IMG/VR virus record: IMGVR_UViG_3300032236_001631
Location: 1 to 64,000 of that record
Strand: one strand, 5' to 3'
DNA: 64,000 nt
Origin: a virus
Taxonomy: Duplodnaviria; Caudoviricetes
Shown here piece after piece: positions 36,209 through 46,669 of the stretch (positions are counted from its first letter, which is position 1; each line of letters begins with the position of its first letter). Below the pieces are notes generated by a model. The model did no database searches. It saw only the letters and a list, made by a program, of their open reading frames with translations, and was not told where the DNA came from. The position numbers were made by a program, and so were the translations under genes.

Positions 36209-36883
36209 ATGGATCATAGTAAAACAGTTTATTTAAATACGGCATATCAAGCAATTACTGGCTTGTCTCCGTTTATTCTTACTATTAGTCCTTCTACTAT
36301 ATCCACATCTAATAAGATTTATAAAATAACATATGACTTTGGTGATGGTACTCTTATAGAAAGATTAATAAATCCAGATAATGATGAAGTTTTTTTATCT
36401 ACAGATGAAACATATGTTTATTATCTTACAGGAAATATTCAAAAAACATTTAATATAAATGTTCATGAATATCAGTTCAATACTTCTTTGTATAATGATT
36501 ATACAATATCTTTGGATTTAAAAGCACCTCCTATAGAAAGTATAGCAACAAATCTTAGTGGACTATCTAGTTCTGCATATTTTGATGAATTGCATTTAGT
36601 AGGTACAAGAATGTTTGGTACAGAAAATGAAATTCTTTATATGTTTGAAAGTATTAATCCAAATTATATTTTACCTATATTGGTAAATTGGAAAACAAGA
36701 CCTATCAAAAATATTGTCAAGACAATTGATAATTCATATACTCCTTACAAACTTCTTGCTCCATTTGAAAATGAATTTGTAACAAGTATTAATACAGGAA
36801 CAAACATCATAACATTCCCTGATGTAGATGCTGCACCAAATCCTGATTACGGAAGTCCTGATATGACTTTAAACGAAGGATAA
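36209..36883 (+). CDS. Hypothetical virion-associated protein
   Basis: PKD-like YDFGDG; TAAATA at 36197. Confidence 0.6.
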   Translation: MDHSKTVYLNTAYQAITGLSPFILTISPSTISTSNKIYKITYDFGDGTLIERLINPDNDEVFLSTDETYVYYLTGNIQKTFNINVHEYQFNTSLYNDYTISLDLKAPPIESIATNLSGLSSSAYFDELHLVGTRMFGTENEILYMFESINPNYILPILVNWKTRPIKNIVKTIDNSYTPYKLLAPFENEFVTSINTGTNIITFPDVDAAPNPDYGSPDMTLNEG

Positions 36884-36893
36884 GATTTAAATT

Positions 36894-37691
36894 ATGAGCA
36901 TTTATTACGACAGACAAATACCCGGTGAACTTTGGTTAAGAGATCTAAAGAATAATGTAGACTCAGCAAGTAATATTTTATCTGCGATTTATTTAAAATA
37001 TAAAAATATTAATGAAAATTTTTATTTTTATCTAAACACTAATCAAATAACTAGATTTGATTTGTTCTATGATACAATTTTTGTTGAGACTCCTATTGGC
37101 TATATTTTTGAAAAGTTTTATATTCAGGATGAAGCTATTCTTCCTTTCAATCAGATCAATCTTTTTAATAGTAAAAAAACAACTAATGTTGATTACTGGT
37201 TTAATGAAAGTAAGAACAGAGTAATTCAAGCTGAAATATATTGTTATAATGACCCTCTTAGAAATCCAGATGAAAAATATTTTGATTTCATTTTAATTTT
37301 AAAATCTTTTGATTGTATAACAGGATTAAATCAAACAATTGCAATTGAACTAATAAGATTAGCTTATTCTTCTAGTATTAATTGGAGCAATTCATCATTT
37401 TTATTAGAAACTCCTAAGATAACTTATAACAAAGATACTAAAAATTATAATGTTTCATTTATTCTTAGAAACTCGGTTAAAACATTAGGTTTAGTAAGTC
37501 TTAATATTTTACAAAGTGATTATCCTACTATTACTGAAGTAAATGGATTTTTACCTTATTTTACGCAAGATACTTTAAATTCAGGTGTGAGTTCTTTAAA
37601 AGCACTTCCTACAGCAGTTGCATACTATATCTTAACTCAAAATGGTTATATACTAGAAACCGAAGCACCTGAAATAATATCCTTTGATTAG
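36894..37691 (+). CDS. Hypothetical protein
   Basis: 265-aa ORF in the late cluster. Confidence 0.65.
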   Translation: MSIYYDRQIPGELWLRDLKNNVDSASNILSAIYLKYKNINENFYFYLNTNQITRFDLFYDTIFVETPIGYIFEKFYIQDEAILPFNQINLFNSKKTTNVDYWFNESKNRVIQAEIYCYNDPLRNPDEKYFDFILILKSFDCITGLNQTIAIELIRLAYSSSINWSNSSFLLETPKITYNKDTKNYNVSFILRNSVKTLGLVSLNILQSDYPTITEVNGFLPYFTQDTLNSGVSSLKALPTAVAYYILTQNGYILETEAPEIISFD

Positions 37692-37713
37692 CATTGATTA
37701 GTTGATTTTTTTG

Positions 37714-37721
37714 TATAAATA
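37714..37721 (+). promoter_or_regulatory. T4-type late promoter
   Basis: TATAAATA upstream of the portal gene. Confidence 0.7.
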
Positions 37722-37737
37722 GAATATAATAAACATT

Positions 37738-39615
37738 ATGGCAGATCTTACGTCAAATTCCAATAGAATACCAGATACAAGTAGAAACTTTGTATCTCAG
37801 ATTCTCCAAAGACTTCCTTATATTGCTGGTGCTGTTACTCCTGATGTAAGCAACTCCAAATATGAACTTTTTGACCGTTTATCAAAGAGAAACGAGTTAA
37901 AAATCATGCAACAGTCTGTTCTTACTGGACCGTTCATGCGTAATGAATACGGAGAATATTATAATCCGGGTTCATTCACTTCTGATCATGCATATCATCG
38001 TTATATATATGCTAATATTGATTCTGATAAGATTCGTCGTTTGGCAGAATATCGCAGAATGGGTGCGTATGCAGAAGTTTCTGATTGTTTAGATGAAATT
38101 TGTGATGAAATAATCGTAAAGGATGAAAACGGAAAGATAATTCATTTAGGTTTTTCTACTTTTTCTAATTTGAATCAAGAAGTAAAAAATGAATTACTAA
38201 AGGAATTTAATAAATTCATTAGTATTTATGATTTGGAACATAAAGGATGGGGATATGCCAGAAGAATTCTTACAGAAGGTGAATTATTTTTTGAAAATGT
38301 AATTCACGAGGAAAATAGAGACAGAGGTATCATTGGTGTTCTTACAATCCCCGGTGAGCTTATTAATCCTATCTATGATAACATTCAGAACAATGTTATC
38401 GAGAACTTCGTATTTCAAAAGCCAATCAGTTTAACAAATGATCCTTCTGCTGCTCTTTCACAGGTACAGAGCAATACAAGTCCTGTAAATTCTCTTCAAC
38501 AGCAGATAGTAACTCTTCAAGGTAATCAGGTCACATACATGCACTCTGGAATGTGGAATGAAGATCAATCCATTCGTATTCCTTTCATTGAGAATTGTAG
38601 AAGAGCCTACAAACAACTTTCCCTCTTAGAAGATTCTATCATTATCTATAGAATGGTTCGTGCTCCAGAGCGTCTTAAATTTAAGATTGATGTTGGTAAC
38701 ATGCCTCCTGCAAAGGCAGAGTCATATTTAAAACAACTCATGCAACAGTACTGGAGTAAGCAGACATATAATTCCAGTACACAATCCCCCGGTGCTGGTA
38801 ATCAATACAATCCACAGACAATGTTAGATTCTTATTGGTTTGCCAGAAGAAACGGTGAGGTTGGTTCTGATGTTGAATTAATGCCCGGTGGTCAGAATCT
38901 TGGTCAATTGGATGATCTCATGTATTTCGTCAATAAACTTTATAAGAGTTTAAAGGTTCCTGTTTCTCGTTTGAATCCTAATGAGCCATTCAAGGATGGT
39001 GCAGAACTCTTAAGAGAAGAGCTTAGATTTGCCAAGTTTATTATTCGTGTTCAGAATCAACTTGCCGCTGGTCTTAAGGATGCTTTTGTCACTCATCTAA
39101 AATTAAGAGGTTGGTGGAAGGAGCTTAAACTTCATGAGTCATATTTTAACTTCCGATTCACAGAGCCTTCTAACTTTTTTGCTATCCGTCAGCAACAACT
39201 TCTCGAACTCAAACTTAAGAACTTCTCTGATATGAGTTCAAATGATGGTATTTCCAATACCTTTGCTCAGAGGCACTATCTTGATTACTCTGATGCCAAG
39301 ATCGGTGAGAATATGGAATGGAAACGTAAGGATGCTGCTCTTAGATGGGAGCTTTCACAGATAGAAACTAATGGTCCTAACTGGAGAGAGCATATTGAGG
39401 CTGCTGAGAACATTGCCGCTGGTGTTGAAAGTGGTGGTGTTAGCGGTGGAGGAGGGGGCGGTACATCTGCTTCTGCAATCCCTGAATTCGGTGGAGGAGG
39501 AGGCGGTGCTCCTGCTGGAGGAGAAGCAACACCTGAAGCAGGAGAAGCCACTGCTCCTGCTGGAGAAGAAGCAACATCTGCCCCTGCAACTCCAGCCGCT
39601 GAAACAACTGCATAA
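37738..39615 (+). CDS. gp20: Portal vertex protein (T4 gp20-like)
   Basis: LEDSIIIYRMVRAPERLKFKIDVGNMPPAKAE, GGQNLG, REELRF. Confidence 0.95.
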   Translation: MADLTSNSNRIPDTSRNFVSQILQRLPYIAGAVTPDVSNSKYELFDRLSKRNELKIMQQSVLTGPFMRNEYGEYYNPGSFTSDHAYHRYIYANIDSDKIRRLAEYRRMGAYAEVSDCLDEICDEIIVKDENGKIIHLGFSTFSNLNQEVKNELLKEFNKFISIYDLEHKGWGYARRILTEGELFFENVIHEENRDRGIIGVLTIPGELINPIYDNIQNNVIENFVFQKPISLTNDPSAALSQVQSNTSPVNSLQQQIVTLQGNQVTYMHSGMWNEDQSIRIPFIENCRRAYKQLSLLEDSIIIYRMVRAPERLKFKIDVGNMPPAKAESYLKQLMQQYWSKQTYNSSTQSPGAGNQYNPQTMLDSYWFARRNGEVGSDVELMPGGQNLGQLDDLMYFVNKLYKSLKVPVSRLNPNEPFKDGAELLREELRFAKFIIRVQNQLAAGLKDAFVTHLKLRGWWKELKLHESYFNFRFTEPSNFFAIRQQQLLELKLKNFSDMSSNDGISNTFAQRHYLDYSDAKIGENMEWKRKDAALRWELSQIETNGPNWREHIEAAENIAAGVESGGVSGGGGGGTSASAIPEFGGGGGGAPAGGEATPEAGEATAPAGEEATSAPATPAAETTA

Positions 39616-39648
39616 GAAAGTTTATATTCTGACATAAGTATTGGTATT

Positions 39649-40014
39649 ATGTCAGAATATAGTACCTTGCCTTCTTACGAGATTCCTGCTCATGTAACAG
39701 GAGATACTTGGAGTGGGATTCCTCTTATAACATTACAACAAAATGGATCAGCCGTTGATCTTAGTGATGATGCTATTGTTAAGATGCAGGTTAGATTTCA
39801 AATAGATAGTCCTTCAGTCATTGATTTTTCCACAGAAGATAACACTATTACTATAATGGAACCAGCTACCGCTGGTAATATTTCTTTTCCTGAACAAATA
39901 GTAAGTATTCCTGTGGGAGTATATCAATACGATATTAAGGTAATATTTTCTACAGGAAAGATTAAAACATATTTAAGAGGAATATGGAATATTATTTCAC
40001 ACTGCACAAGATGA
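39649..40014 (+). CDS. BppU N-terminal-like structural protein
   Basis: GDT...VDLS...GVYQYDI...YLRG pattern. Confidence 0.55.
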   Translation: MSEYSTLPSYEIPAHVTGDTWSGIPLITLQQNGSAVDLSDDAIVKMQVRFQIDSPSVIDFSTEDNTITIMEPATAGNISFPEQIVSIPVGVYQYDIKVIFSTGKIKTYLRGIWNIISHCTR

Positions 40015-40070
40015 ATAATACTATTACTATAAACCTTAACTTAGATAATATAAGTAGTTAAACAAATACA

Positions 40071-40967
40071 ATGAGTTCTGCTTATCCTTCTACTCCTGTT
40101 CTGCCTAATGGCTTTCATGGTTCTACAACTTTTAATTCACAGATTAAAAGTTATGATCATCTTGCACAGAGGGTTCGTAGAAGTTTAGGAGAACCTTTAA
40201 TAAAAATTGAAATCAGTAGTGAACAGATTTATGAAATGATAGATATTGCTATTGAATACTTTACGAAATTTGCTGGTCTTGAAGAGGAGTATCTTATCTT
40301 CCGTTCCGATCTCTATAAGTCAGGTGTTGGTCTTAATGTTGGTGAATTGATGAATATCACTCCTGATATGTATAACTCCAATACAAGCAATCCTTCTCTT
40401 AGTGCATGTTATGATTATGATTTGGATGACTACAGAAAAGTAGTAGATGTTTTTTCTTTTGCAGAAGGTAATAATACTGGTGTTAACACGCTTTTCACAA
40501 TTGAAAATACAATTGCACAACAAGCATATTTTGGACAACTTCTTGGCAATGTAGGTTATGATTTGATTACATGGCAAGCACTTAAGACATGGCTTGATAC
40601 TCGTGAAAAGGTACTTGCATTAACTCCTTATCTTCGCTTTGATCCTGATACACAGATTTTAAAGATTATACCTGAACCTGCACAGCAAAATGGAGCAAGT
40701 ACATACTTTGGTTTGATTGGTTGTAAGATGCAGAAGCCTCTTAAATTCTTAGTTAATCAGCTTTGGGTATACAGATATACCCTTGCACTATCAAAGATAG
40801 CTATAGGGCATGTGAGAGGTAAATTCAGTGGTACTAATCTCTTTGGTGGACAGACTGTAAACTATCAGGATCTTATGTCTCAAGGCTTATCAGAAAAAGC
40901 TGCTCTTGAAGATGAGATTACCAAAGATACTATAGACAGGGACCCAATAAAATTCTTTATCGGTTGA
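40071..40967 (+). CDS. gp13: Neck protein (T4 gp13-like)
   Basis: RSLGEPLIKIEIS.EQ...A..YF; WVYRY.LA..K...G...GKF.G..L.GG; FFIG end. Confidence 0.85.
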   Translation: MSSAYPSTPVLPNGFHGSTTFNSQIKSYDHLAQRVRRSLGEPLIKIEISSEQIYEMIDIAIEYFTKFAGLEEEYLIFRSDLYKSGVGLNVGELMNITPDMYNSNTSNPSLSACYDYDLDDYRKVVDVFSFAEGNNTGVNTLFTIENTIAQQAYFGQLLGNVGYDLITWQALKTWLDTREKVLALTPYLRFDPDTQILKIIPEPAQQNGASTYFGLIGCKMQKPLKFLVNQLWVYRYTLALSKIAIGHVRGKFSGTNLFGGQTVNYQDLMSQGLSEKAALEDEITKDTIDRDPIKFFIG

Positions 40968-41024
40968 CCACGAACTTATAAATTTTTACTTAATTTGTCA
41001 CATTTATATACTAAGTATAAATGT

Positions 41025-42074
41025 ATGAATATAAATTTAATAATAGAAGACTATAATAGATTGAAGTCTATAAAAAAAGTAGCAAAAATACATAATACCT
41101 ATTTTGAAAAAATTCGCATTATCCTAAAAAACAATGGAATTTTTATGGTATGTAAAAATACCAAAAATAAAAATAACATATCAAAGGCTATTGAAGATTA
41201 TAAAAAAGGAGCATCTTTAAATCAACTAAACCAAAAATATGGTTTTGATCATAATGTATTTAAAAGAATTTTAATAGAAAATGGAATAGATTATATCAAT
41301 AGAGCAAAGGTTCCTATAGAAGGAGAAGTTCTTATTATAAGAGATAAATTAAATGATATTTTATCAGTTTATAAAAAAAATAAAAATGTAAGAAAAACAT
41401 CAAAATTATTTAAAGTTAAAGAGTGTAATCTATATAGATTTTTAAAAAATGAAAATCTTTTAATTAAAAAACATGAAAAAATATCTGTAGAAAAAGAAAA
41501 CCAGATAAAAAATGAAATATATGATCTCTATATAAATCAAAATCTTAATACTTCTGATATAGGTAAAAAATATGGTATTACTCGTTACAATATTAAGAAA
41601 ATTCTAACCTCTAATTTTGGAGAAGCTATAATAAAAACAAAAAGTGATATAACCAGAGATATGAATTACTCTATAGAACACCAAACCAAATGTCATAAAG
41701 GATTAGCTAAAAAAAGTCCTTATATTCTACCATCAGGAAAAATTATTGGATTACAAGGATATGAGCATGATTTTCTAGATTATACTTTCAAACATAGCAA
41801 TTTATCAGAAGATGATTTTAATTTTGAAAATAAACTTAGAATAAAATTATCAGACAAAAAAATAAAACATAAACATTATTATCCTGATTTTTATTTACAG
41901 AAATATAACATTGTTATAGAGATAAAATCTTGGTATACCTTTAATATGAATGTTTATCTCAACAAGAAAAAAATTAAAAAAACCAAAGAGTCTGGATATT
42001 CTATGCTTTTGATAAAAGATAAAAACTATTCAAAATATAGAAAATTTTTAGAAACTCATAATTTATTAAAATGA
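41025..42074 (+). CDS. Free-standing putative homing endonuclease (HTH repeats + PD-(D/E)xK)
   Basis: HYYPDFYL...IEIKS; repeated helix-turn-helix-like segments; markedly A-rich DNA. Confidence 0.7.
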   Translation: MNINLIIEDYNRLKSIKKVAKIHNTYFEKIRIILKNNGIFMVCKNTKNKNNISKAIEDYKKGASLNQLNQKYGFDHNVFKRILIENGIDYINRAKVPIEGEVLIIRDKLNDILSVYKKNKNVRKTSKLFKVKECNLYRFLKNENLLIKKHEKISVEKENQIKNEIYDLYINQNLNTSDIGKKYGITRYNIKKILTSNFGEAIIKTKSDITRDMNYSIEHQTKCHKGLAKKSPYILPSGKIIGLQGYEHDFLDYTFKHSNLSEDDFNFENKLRIKLSDKKIKHKHYYPDFYLQKYNIVIEIKSWYTFNMNVYLNKKKIKKTKESGYSMLLIKDKNYSKYRKFLETHNLLK

Positions 42075-42532
42075 AACCAAAATTAGGGAAAAAAAATAAA
42101 AAATTTATACAAGGTTTTTTTAAACCAATGTTTCCTAAAAAATACATAGGTTCTGATCCAGTATATAGATCATCACTTGAGCTTAAAACAATGCGTTGGT
42201 TTGATAACAATCCTAATGTTGTTACATGGGGATCAGAAAGTGTTATTATTCCTTATCAGTCTCCTCTTGATGGGAGAGTACATAGATACTTTGTAGACTT
42301 TGTTGTAGCTTTGAAGGAAAAGGATGGAAATATAAAAAAACTGCTTATTGAGGTAAAACCTTATAAGCAAACATTAAGACCAGAGGCAACAAGAAATAAA
42401 AAACCAAAGACAATGATCTATGAGCAAACAGAATGGGTAAAGAATCAAGCTAAGTGGTCGGCTGCTGAACAATATGCAAAATTAAAAGGTTATCAGTTTG
42501 TTATTTTAACAGAAAAACATATAAACAATTGA
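42071..42532 (+). CDS. gp4: Head completion nuclease (T4 gp4-like)
   Basis: YRSSLE...WGSE...IPY.SP.DG..HRYFVDF...IEVKP...NQAKW. Confidence 0.9.
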   Translation: MKPKLGKKNKKFIQGFFKPMFPKKYIGSDPVYRSSLELKTMRWFDNNPNVVTWGSESVIIPYQSPLDGRVHRYFVDFVVALKEKDGNIKKLLIEVKPYKQTLRPEATRNKKPKTMIYEQTEWVKNQAKWSAAEQYAKLKGYQFVILTEKHINN

Positions 42533-42615
42533 TTATTGAATTTTTAGTGTAAATATAGAAACAGAAAATAATTAGTAAAAAAGAGTAAGTTAATAATAAA
42601 TATATTAAGAACATT

Positions 42616-43290
42616 ATGTCCAATAATACCTATAGCCTTTTAGTAGAAGAACCAACATATGAAGTAAAGTATCTCATTGAAGAAAAAAATCGTAATACTC
42701 CTTCAATTCTTCACATCCAAGGTCCATTCCTTATGGCTAATGAAGCCAATAAAAATAAGAGAGTATATCCTCTTGAAGAAATGGTCAAAGAAGTTGGTCG
42801 TTATCAAACAGAAATGATTGACACCAAAAGAGCTACTGGTGAACTCAATCACCCACAGTCTCCTGAAATTAATTTAGAAAGAGTTTGTCATGTTGTTACA
42901 GAATTAAAGCAGAATGGAAATATCTTTGAAGGTAAGTCTAAGGTTCTCTCAACACCAATGGGACAAATTGTTCGTTCATTAATCATGGATGGTGTTAAGC
43001 TTGGTGTATCAAGTCGTGCTCTTGGTAGACTTGAAGAAGATGGTAAAGGAGTTAATCGTGTTGCTGATTTTAGATTAGTAGCAGTTGATGTTGTTGCTGA
43101 TCCTTCAGTACCTTCCGCATTCGTAAATGGTATCTTAGAATCAAAACAATGGATCTTAAATGAGAATGGTGAGTTTGCTCAATCATATGACAAATTTGAG
43201 AAGTCTATTGCAAGTCTTCCTAAGAATAATGTTGATGTTTATCTGAAGGAACAGATCATTACATTCATCAATGCATTAAAAACTCTTTAA
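42616..43290 (+). CDS. gp21: Prohead core protease (T4 gp21-like)
   Basis: NKNKRVYP, GELNHP, LGVSSRALG, DVVADPS. Confidence 0.93.
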   Translation: MSNNTYSLLVEEPTYEVKYLIEEKNRNTPSILHIQGPFLMANEANKNKRVYPLEEMVKEVGRYQTEMIDTKRATGELNHPQSPEINLERVCHVVTELKQNGNIFEGKSKVLSTPMGQIVRSLIMDGVKLGVSSRALGRLEEDGKGVNRVADFRLVAVDVVADPSVPSAFVNGILESKQWILNENGEFAQSYDKFEKSIASLPKNNVDVYLKEQIITFINALKTL

Positions 43291-43323
43291 TTGTAAACAA
43301 TCAAAGGTAAATAATATAACAAT

Positions 43324-43572
43324 ATGAATATTCGTAATTTAATCTCAAAGCTTATAGCACAAGTATGTGAAAAGAACTTTGCTGCTGCAAACAAAACACT
43401 TGATGAAGTTGTAACCGAAAAGGTAAAGACACGCATCAAGAAAACTTCTGAGAAACTTTCACCAAAACAAAAAGCCATAGCTAAAGCTGCACCTCCTCGT
43501 GATAAAATCACAGGAGCAGATTTCAAGGCTTTAAAAAAGTCTTCAAAAAAGGTAACTAAGAAGAATAAGTAA
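43324..43572 (+). CDS. Small basic head-associated protein
   Basis: Between gp21 and gp22; LSPKQKAIA...DKITGADFKAL. Confidence 0.6.
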   Translation: MNIRNLISKLIAQVCEKNFAAANKTLDEVVTEKVKTRIKKTSEKLSPKQKAIAKAAPPRDKITGADFKALKKSSKKVTKKNK

Positions 43573-43583
43573 TATTATAATTT

Positions 43584-44474
43584 ATGGATATCTCATCTAT
43601 CATCAAAAATATTGATACCAATGTCCTCAACGAGGAAGTTGCAACAGCAATCGCTGAAGCTTTTGAAAGTGCAGTAAATGAGAAGGTTGATTCTCGTATT
43701 ACTCTCGAAGTTGAAAGTGCTCTTAGCAAGCAAGATGAAGATCATGCTGTTAAGCTTGAGAGTCTCTTAGGTGCAATTGATGCAGACCACTCCACAAAAC
43801 TCAACAAGGTTGTTGAGGCAATCAATGAGAATCATGCAGGTAAGTTAGAGAATCTTGCATCTTTTTATCGTAAGGCTCTTAACGAGAAGGCTGAAGCTTT
43901 CAGTTCCAAGATCGTTGATGAACTTAGTAATTTTATGGATGCCTATATCGAAAAGGCTATCCCCCAAGCACAGTTAGAGGAAGCAGTTGCTAATACAACC
44001 GCTCGTCAGCAGCTTGAACAGATTAAGAGTGTAATCTCTTTTGATCCATCTTCACTTAATGAAGATGTGAAGAATTTGATCTCCCAAGGAAAGGGCAAGA
44101 TCGAAGAGCTTCAGAATCAGCTTAATGAATCCTATAAGGAGAACATTGAGTTGCATGAGAAGCTGAAGGAAGTTAATGCTTCCCTCATCTTAGAAAAGAA
44201 GACATTAGGAATGCCTTCATCTAAGAAGAGTTATATTTCCAAATTGTTGAGCGACAAGTCCTCTGAGTATATCGAAGAGAACTTCAAGTATGTCGTTGAG
44301 ATGTTCGAAAGAGAAGAAAGCGAATCATCAGCTAAATTAGTCGAAGAGGCTAAGACCAAGGCAGTATCAAAGGATGCCAAGGTTCCAAAGACTGAAGTAA
44401 TCGCAGAATCCTCTGCTGGTGAAGTCAACACACCAGTTAACGGATATCTTAGTGCTTTAAAAGACATACGATAA
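43584..44474 (+). CDS. gp22: Prohead core scaffold (T4 gp22-like)
   Basis: Acidic coiled coil (FESAVNEKV), directly upstream of the capsid gene. Confidence 0.8.
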   Translation: MDISSIIKNIDTNVLNEEVATAIAEAFESAVNEKVDSRITLEVESALSKQDEDHAVKLESLLGAIDADHSTKLNKVVEAINENHAGKLENLASFYRKALNEKAEAFSSKIVDELSNFMDAYIEKAIPQAQLEEAVANTTARQQLEQIKSVISFDPSSLNEDVKNLISQGKGKIEELQNQLNESYKENIELHEKLKEVNASLILEKKTLGMPSSKKSYISKLLSDKSSEYIEENFKYVVEMFEREESESSAKLVEEAKTKAVSKDAKVPKTEVIAESSAGEVNTPVNGYLSALKDIR

Positions 44475-44544
44475 AAGATTTATAGGTTGGAGAAGGCAAT
44501 AACGCACTTCCCGAACGCTATATCCATAAAGGAGAAATAACAAT

Positions 44545-45990
44545 ATGGCTAATGTAAAACCCGCACCCGGTTTCATCGACAAATCCCGTGCGAATCAACT
44601 CCTCGAAAAGTGGGCCCCAGTTCTGAACTACAGTTCAGACAAGGTTCGTCCTATCGAAGATGAACACTCAAGAGTTACCACAGCAATGCTGATGGAAAAC
44701 CAAGAGCGTTGGTGCTTAGAGGAAGGCGGTAACTACGCTGGAAATGGTGGAGCTTTTGGCTCTGGCAGTTCCATCGGTGGTATCTACAATCCTCCCGGCA
44801 CAATTGGTTCAAATGACGGATATGCTTCAGGTGATGCACGTTTACCAAAGGTATTAATACCTATGATCAGACGTACATTCCCAGAGCTTATCACAAACGA
44901 GATTGTTGGTGTTCAACCAATGAGTGGTCCAGTAGGTCTTGCTTTCGCCCTGCGTTACCGTTATGAGAACAATAGTCTTGGAGCAAATGGTCTTGACGGT
45001 TACGCCACAGGCGCAACCACAACAAGCAACAATGGTACACCCAGAGTTGCCGGACCAAATGAGCTAGGCTATCAGTATCTCGACACTCGCTTCACAGGAA
45101 CAAGCTCAACATTCTTATCAGGTAACAACGACTTCTCAGTCCAAAGTACCGATCAGGGCGTTGCTGCTATCCTTAGCCAGTTCGAGTTATCTGGAAACAT
45201 TCCACAGGTTACTGTCGAATTCAGCAAGACAGCAGTTGAAGCTGGCACACGCCGCCTCGCTGCTCGTTGGTCAGTTGAACTCGAACAGGATCTTAAGAAC
45301 ATGAATGGTCTCGATATCGACTCTGAATTAACAAATGCTATGTCATATGAAATTCAGGCTGAAATCGACCGTGAAATGGTCATCAGAATGATCCAGATTG
45401 CTCTCAATGCAGGTAATCCAAACGGATACACATTCTGGTACGCTCAGTCAGCCGACGCACGTTGGTTGGGTGAGAGAAACAGAGACTTCTACAGCAAGGT
45501 AATTGTCGAGGCTAACCGCATCGCAATCCGTAACCGCCGTGGTGCAGCTAACTTCATCGTTGCTACACCTCGTGTTTGCGCTATCCTTGAGATGCTCCCT
45601 GAGTTCCAGTGGATGCCAGTAAATGGCAACGTCAACACACAACCAACAGGCATCGCCAAAGTTGGTACATTGGGTGGACGTTTCACCGTTTACCGCGACA
45701 CTCGTACAGATGCTCAGTATCTAGCAGGTCAGAGAACAAACCCATTGGAGTACGCTCTGCTCGGTTATAAAGGCACAGAGTACTACGATACAGGTATCGT
45801 ATACTGCCCTTACATTCCTGTCATGATTCAGCGTACAGTCGGAACTAACGACTTCAGCCCACGAGTTGGACTGATGACACGTTACGGAGTCGTAGATTAT
45901 ATCTTCGGCGCATCCCTCTACTACCATGTAATCATCGTCAAGGGACTAGGGGAAGCCTTTGCTCAACAGCAGACTTCACTCTATCTGTAA
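44545..45990 (+). CDS. gp23: Major capsid protein (T4 gp23-like)
   Basis: EKWAPVL, GVQPMSGPVGLAFALR, SVELEQDLK, EIDRE, YCPYIP, TRYG. Confidence 0.97.
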   Translation: MANVKPAPGFIDKSRANQLLEKWAPVLNYSSDKVRPIEDEHSRVTTAMLMENQERWCLEEGGNYAGNGGAFGSGSSIGGIYNPPGTIGSNDGYASGDARLPKVLIPMIRRTFPELITNEIVGVQPMSGPVGLAFALRYRYENNSLGANGLDGYATGATTTSNNGTPRVAGPNELGYQYLDTRFTGTSSTFLSGNNDFSVQSTDQGVAAILSQFELSGNIPQVTVEFSKTAVEAGTRRLAARWSVELEQDLKNMNGLDIDSELTNAMSYEIQAEIDREMVIRMIQIALNAGNPNGYTFWYAQSADARWLGERNRDFYSKVIVEANRIAIRNRRGAANFIVATPRVCAILEMLPEFQWMPVNGNVNTQPTGIAKVGTLGGRFTVYRDTRTDAQYLAGQRTNPLEYALLGYKGTEYYDTGIVYCPYIPVMIQRTVGTNDFSPRVGLMTRYGVVDYIFGASLYYHVIIVKGLGEAFAQQQTSLYL

Positions 45991-46011
45991 GTTCTTACAG
46001 ACCTCAAAGCT

Positions 46012-46048
46012 TTGCTCATCCTCGAAAGGGGATGAGCAATTCTTTTTT
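46012..46048 (+). terminator. Intrinsic terminator after the capsid gene
   Basis: ttgctcatcctc-gaaa-ggggatgagcaa followed by a T-rich run. Confidence 0.85.
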
Positions 46049-46083
46049 ATAGACATATCACCATTTTGTAATAAAATATCCTA

Positions 46084-46632
46084 ATGGAAAATACCATAGT
46101 ATGGTTAACTGGTCTCTCTGGAGCAGGTAAAACCACTTTAGCCTATAAATTAAAAGATATGATGGCATTGTATGATCAATGCATGTTTATGGATATTGAT
46201 CCTACTCCTGTAACCGTTATTGATGGTGATGAACTCAGGAAAGAAAGACCTAAACTTGGATTTTCTAGAGAAGATAGAGAATCTAACATTTTCCATGCTG
46301 TTTATAGGGCATTTATCCATCTTAGTTATAATGGTGGACTTGCTATAGTTTCTTTGATCTCTCCATATAAAGAATCAAGAGAAAGTGTCAAAAAAATGTT
46401 TAAAAATTATACCAATGCTAGATTCATCGAAGTCTATGTTAATACGCCTTTAGATGTCTGTGAGGCTCGTGACCCAAAAGGGCTTTATAAACGAGCTAGA
46501 GAGGGCAAATTGAGCGATTTTACAGGTATAGACTCTCCTTATGAGGCTCCTGAGAATCCAGATATTATAATCACTCCTGATATACCACTTTTGGATTCTG
46601 TAAAGCTCCTCCATAAGGCTGTTCGTGAATAA
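46084..46632 (+). CDS. cysC: Adenylyl-sulfate kinase
   Basis: WLTGLSGAGKTT, DGD, LGFSREDR, ISPY, RDPKGLY, FTGIDSPYEAP. Confidence 0.93.
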   Translation: MENTIVWLTGLSGAGKTTLAYKLKDMMALYDQCMFMDIDPTPVTVIDGDELRKERPKLGFSREDRESNIFHAVYRAFIHLSYNGGLAIVSLISPYKESRESVKKMFKNYTNARFIEVYVNTPLDVCEARDPKGLYKRAREGKLSDFTGIDSPYEAPENPDIIITPDIPLLDSVKLLHKAVRE

Positions 46633-46669
46633 TTCTTTACAAATACTTGAAATATAGTATAATTTTGTG

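Noticed and set aside
42071-42532. TnsA transposase-like nuclease indicating a Tn7 element
   Set aside because: Motifs and context match T4 gp4 head completion protein; no other tns genes or element ends are present.
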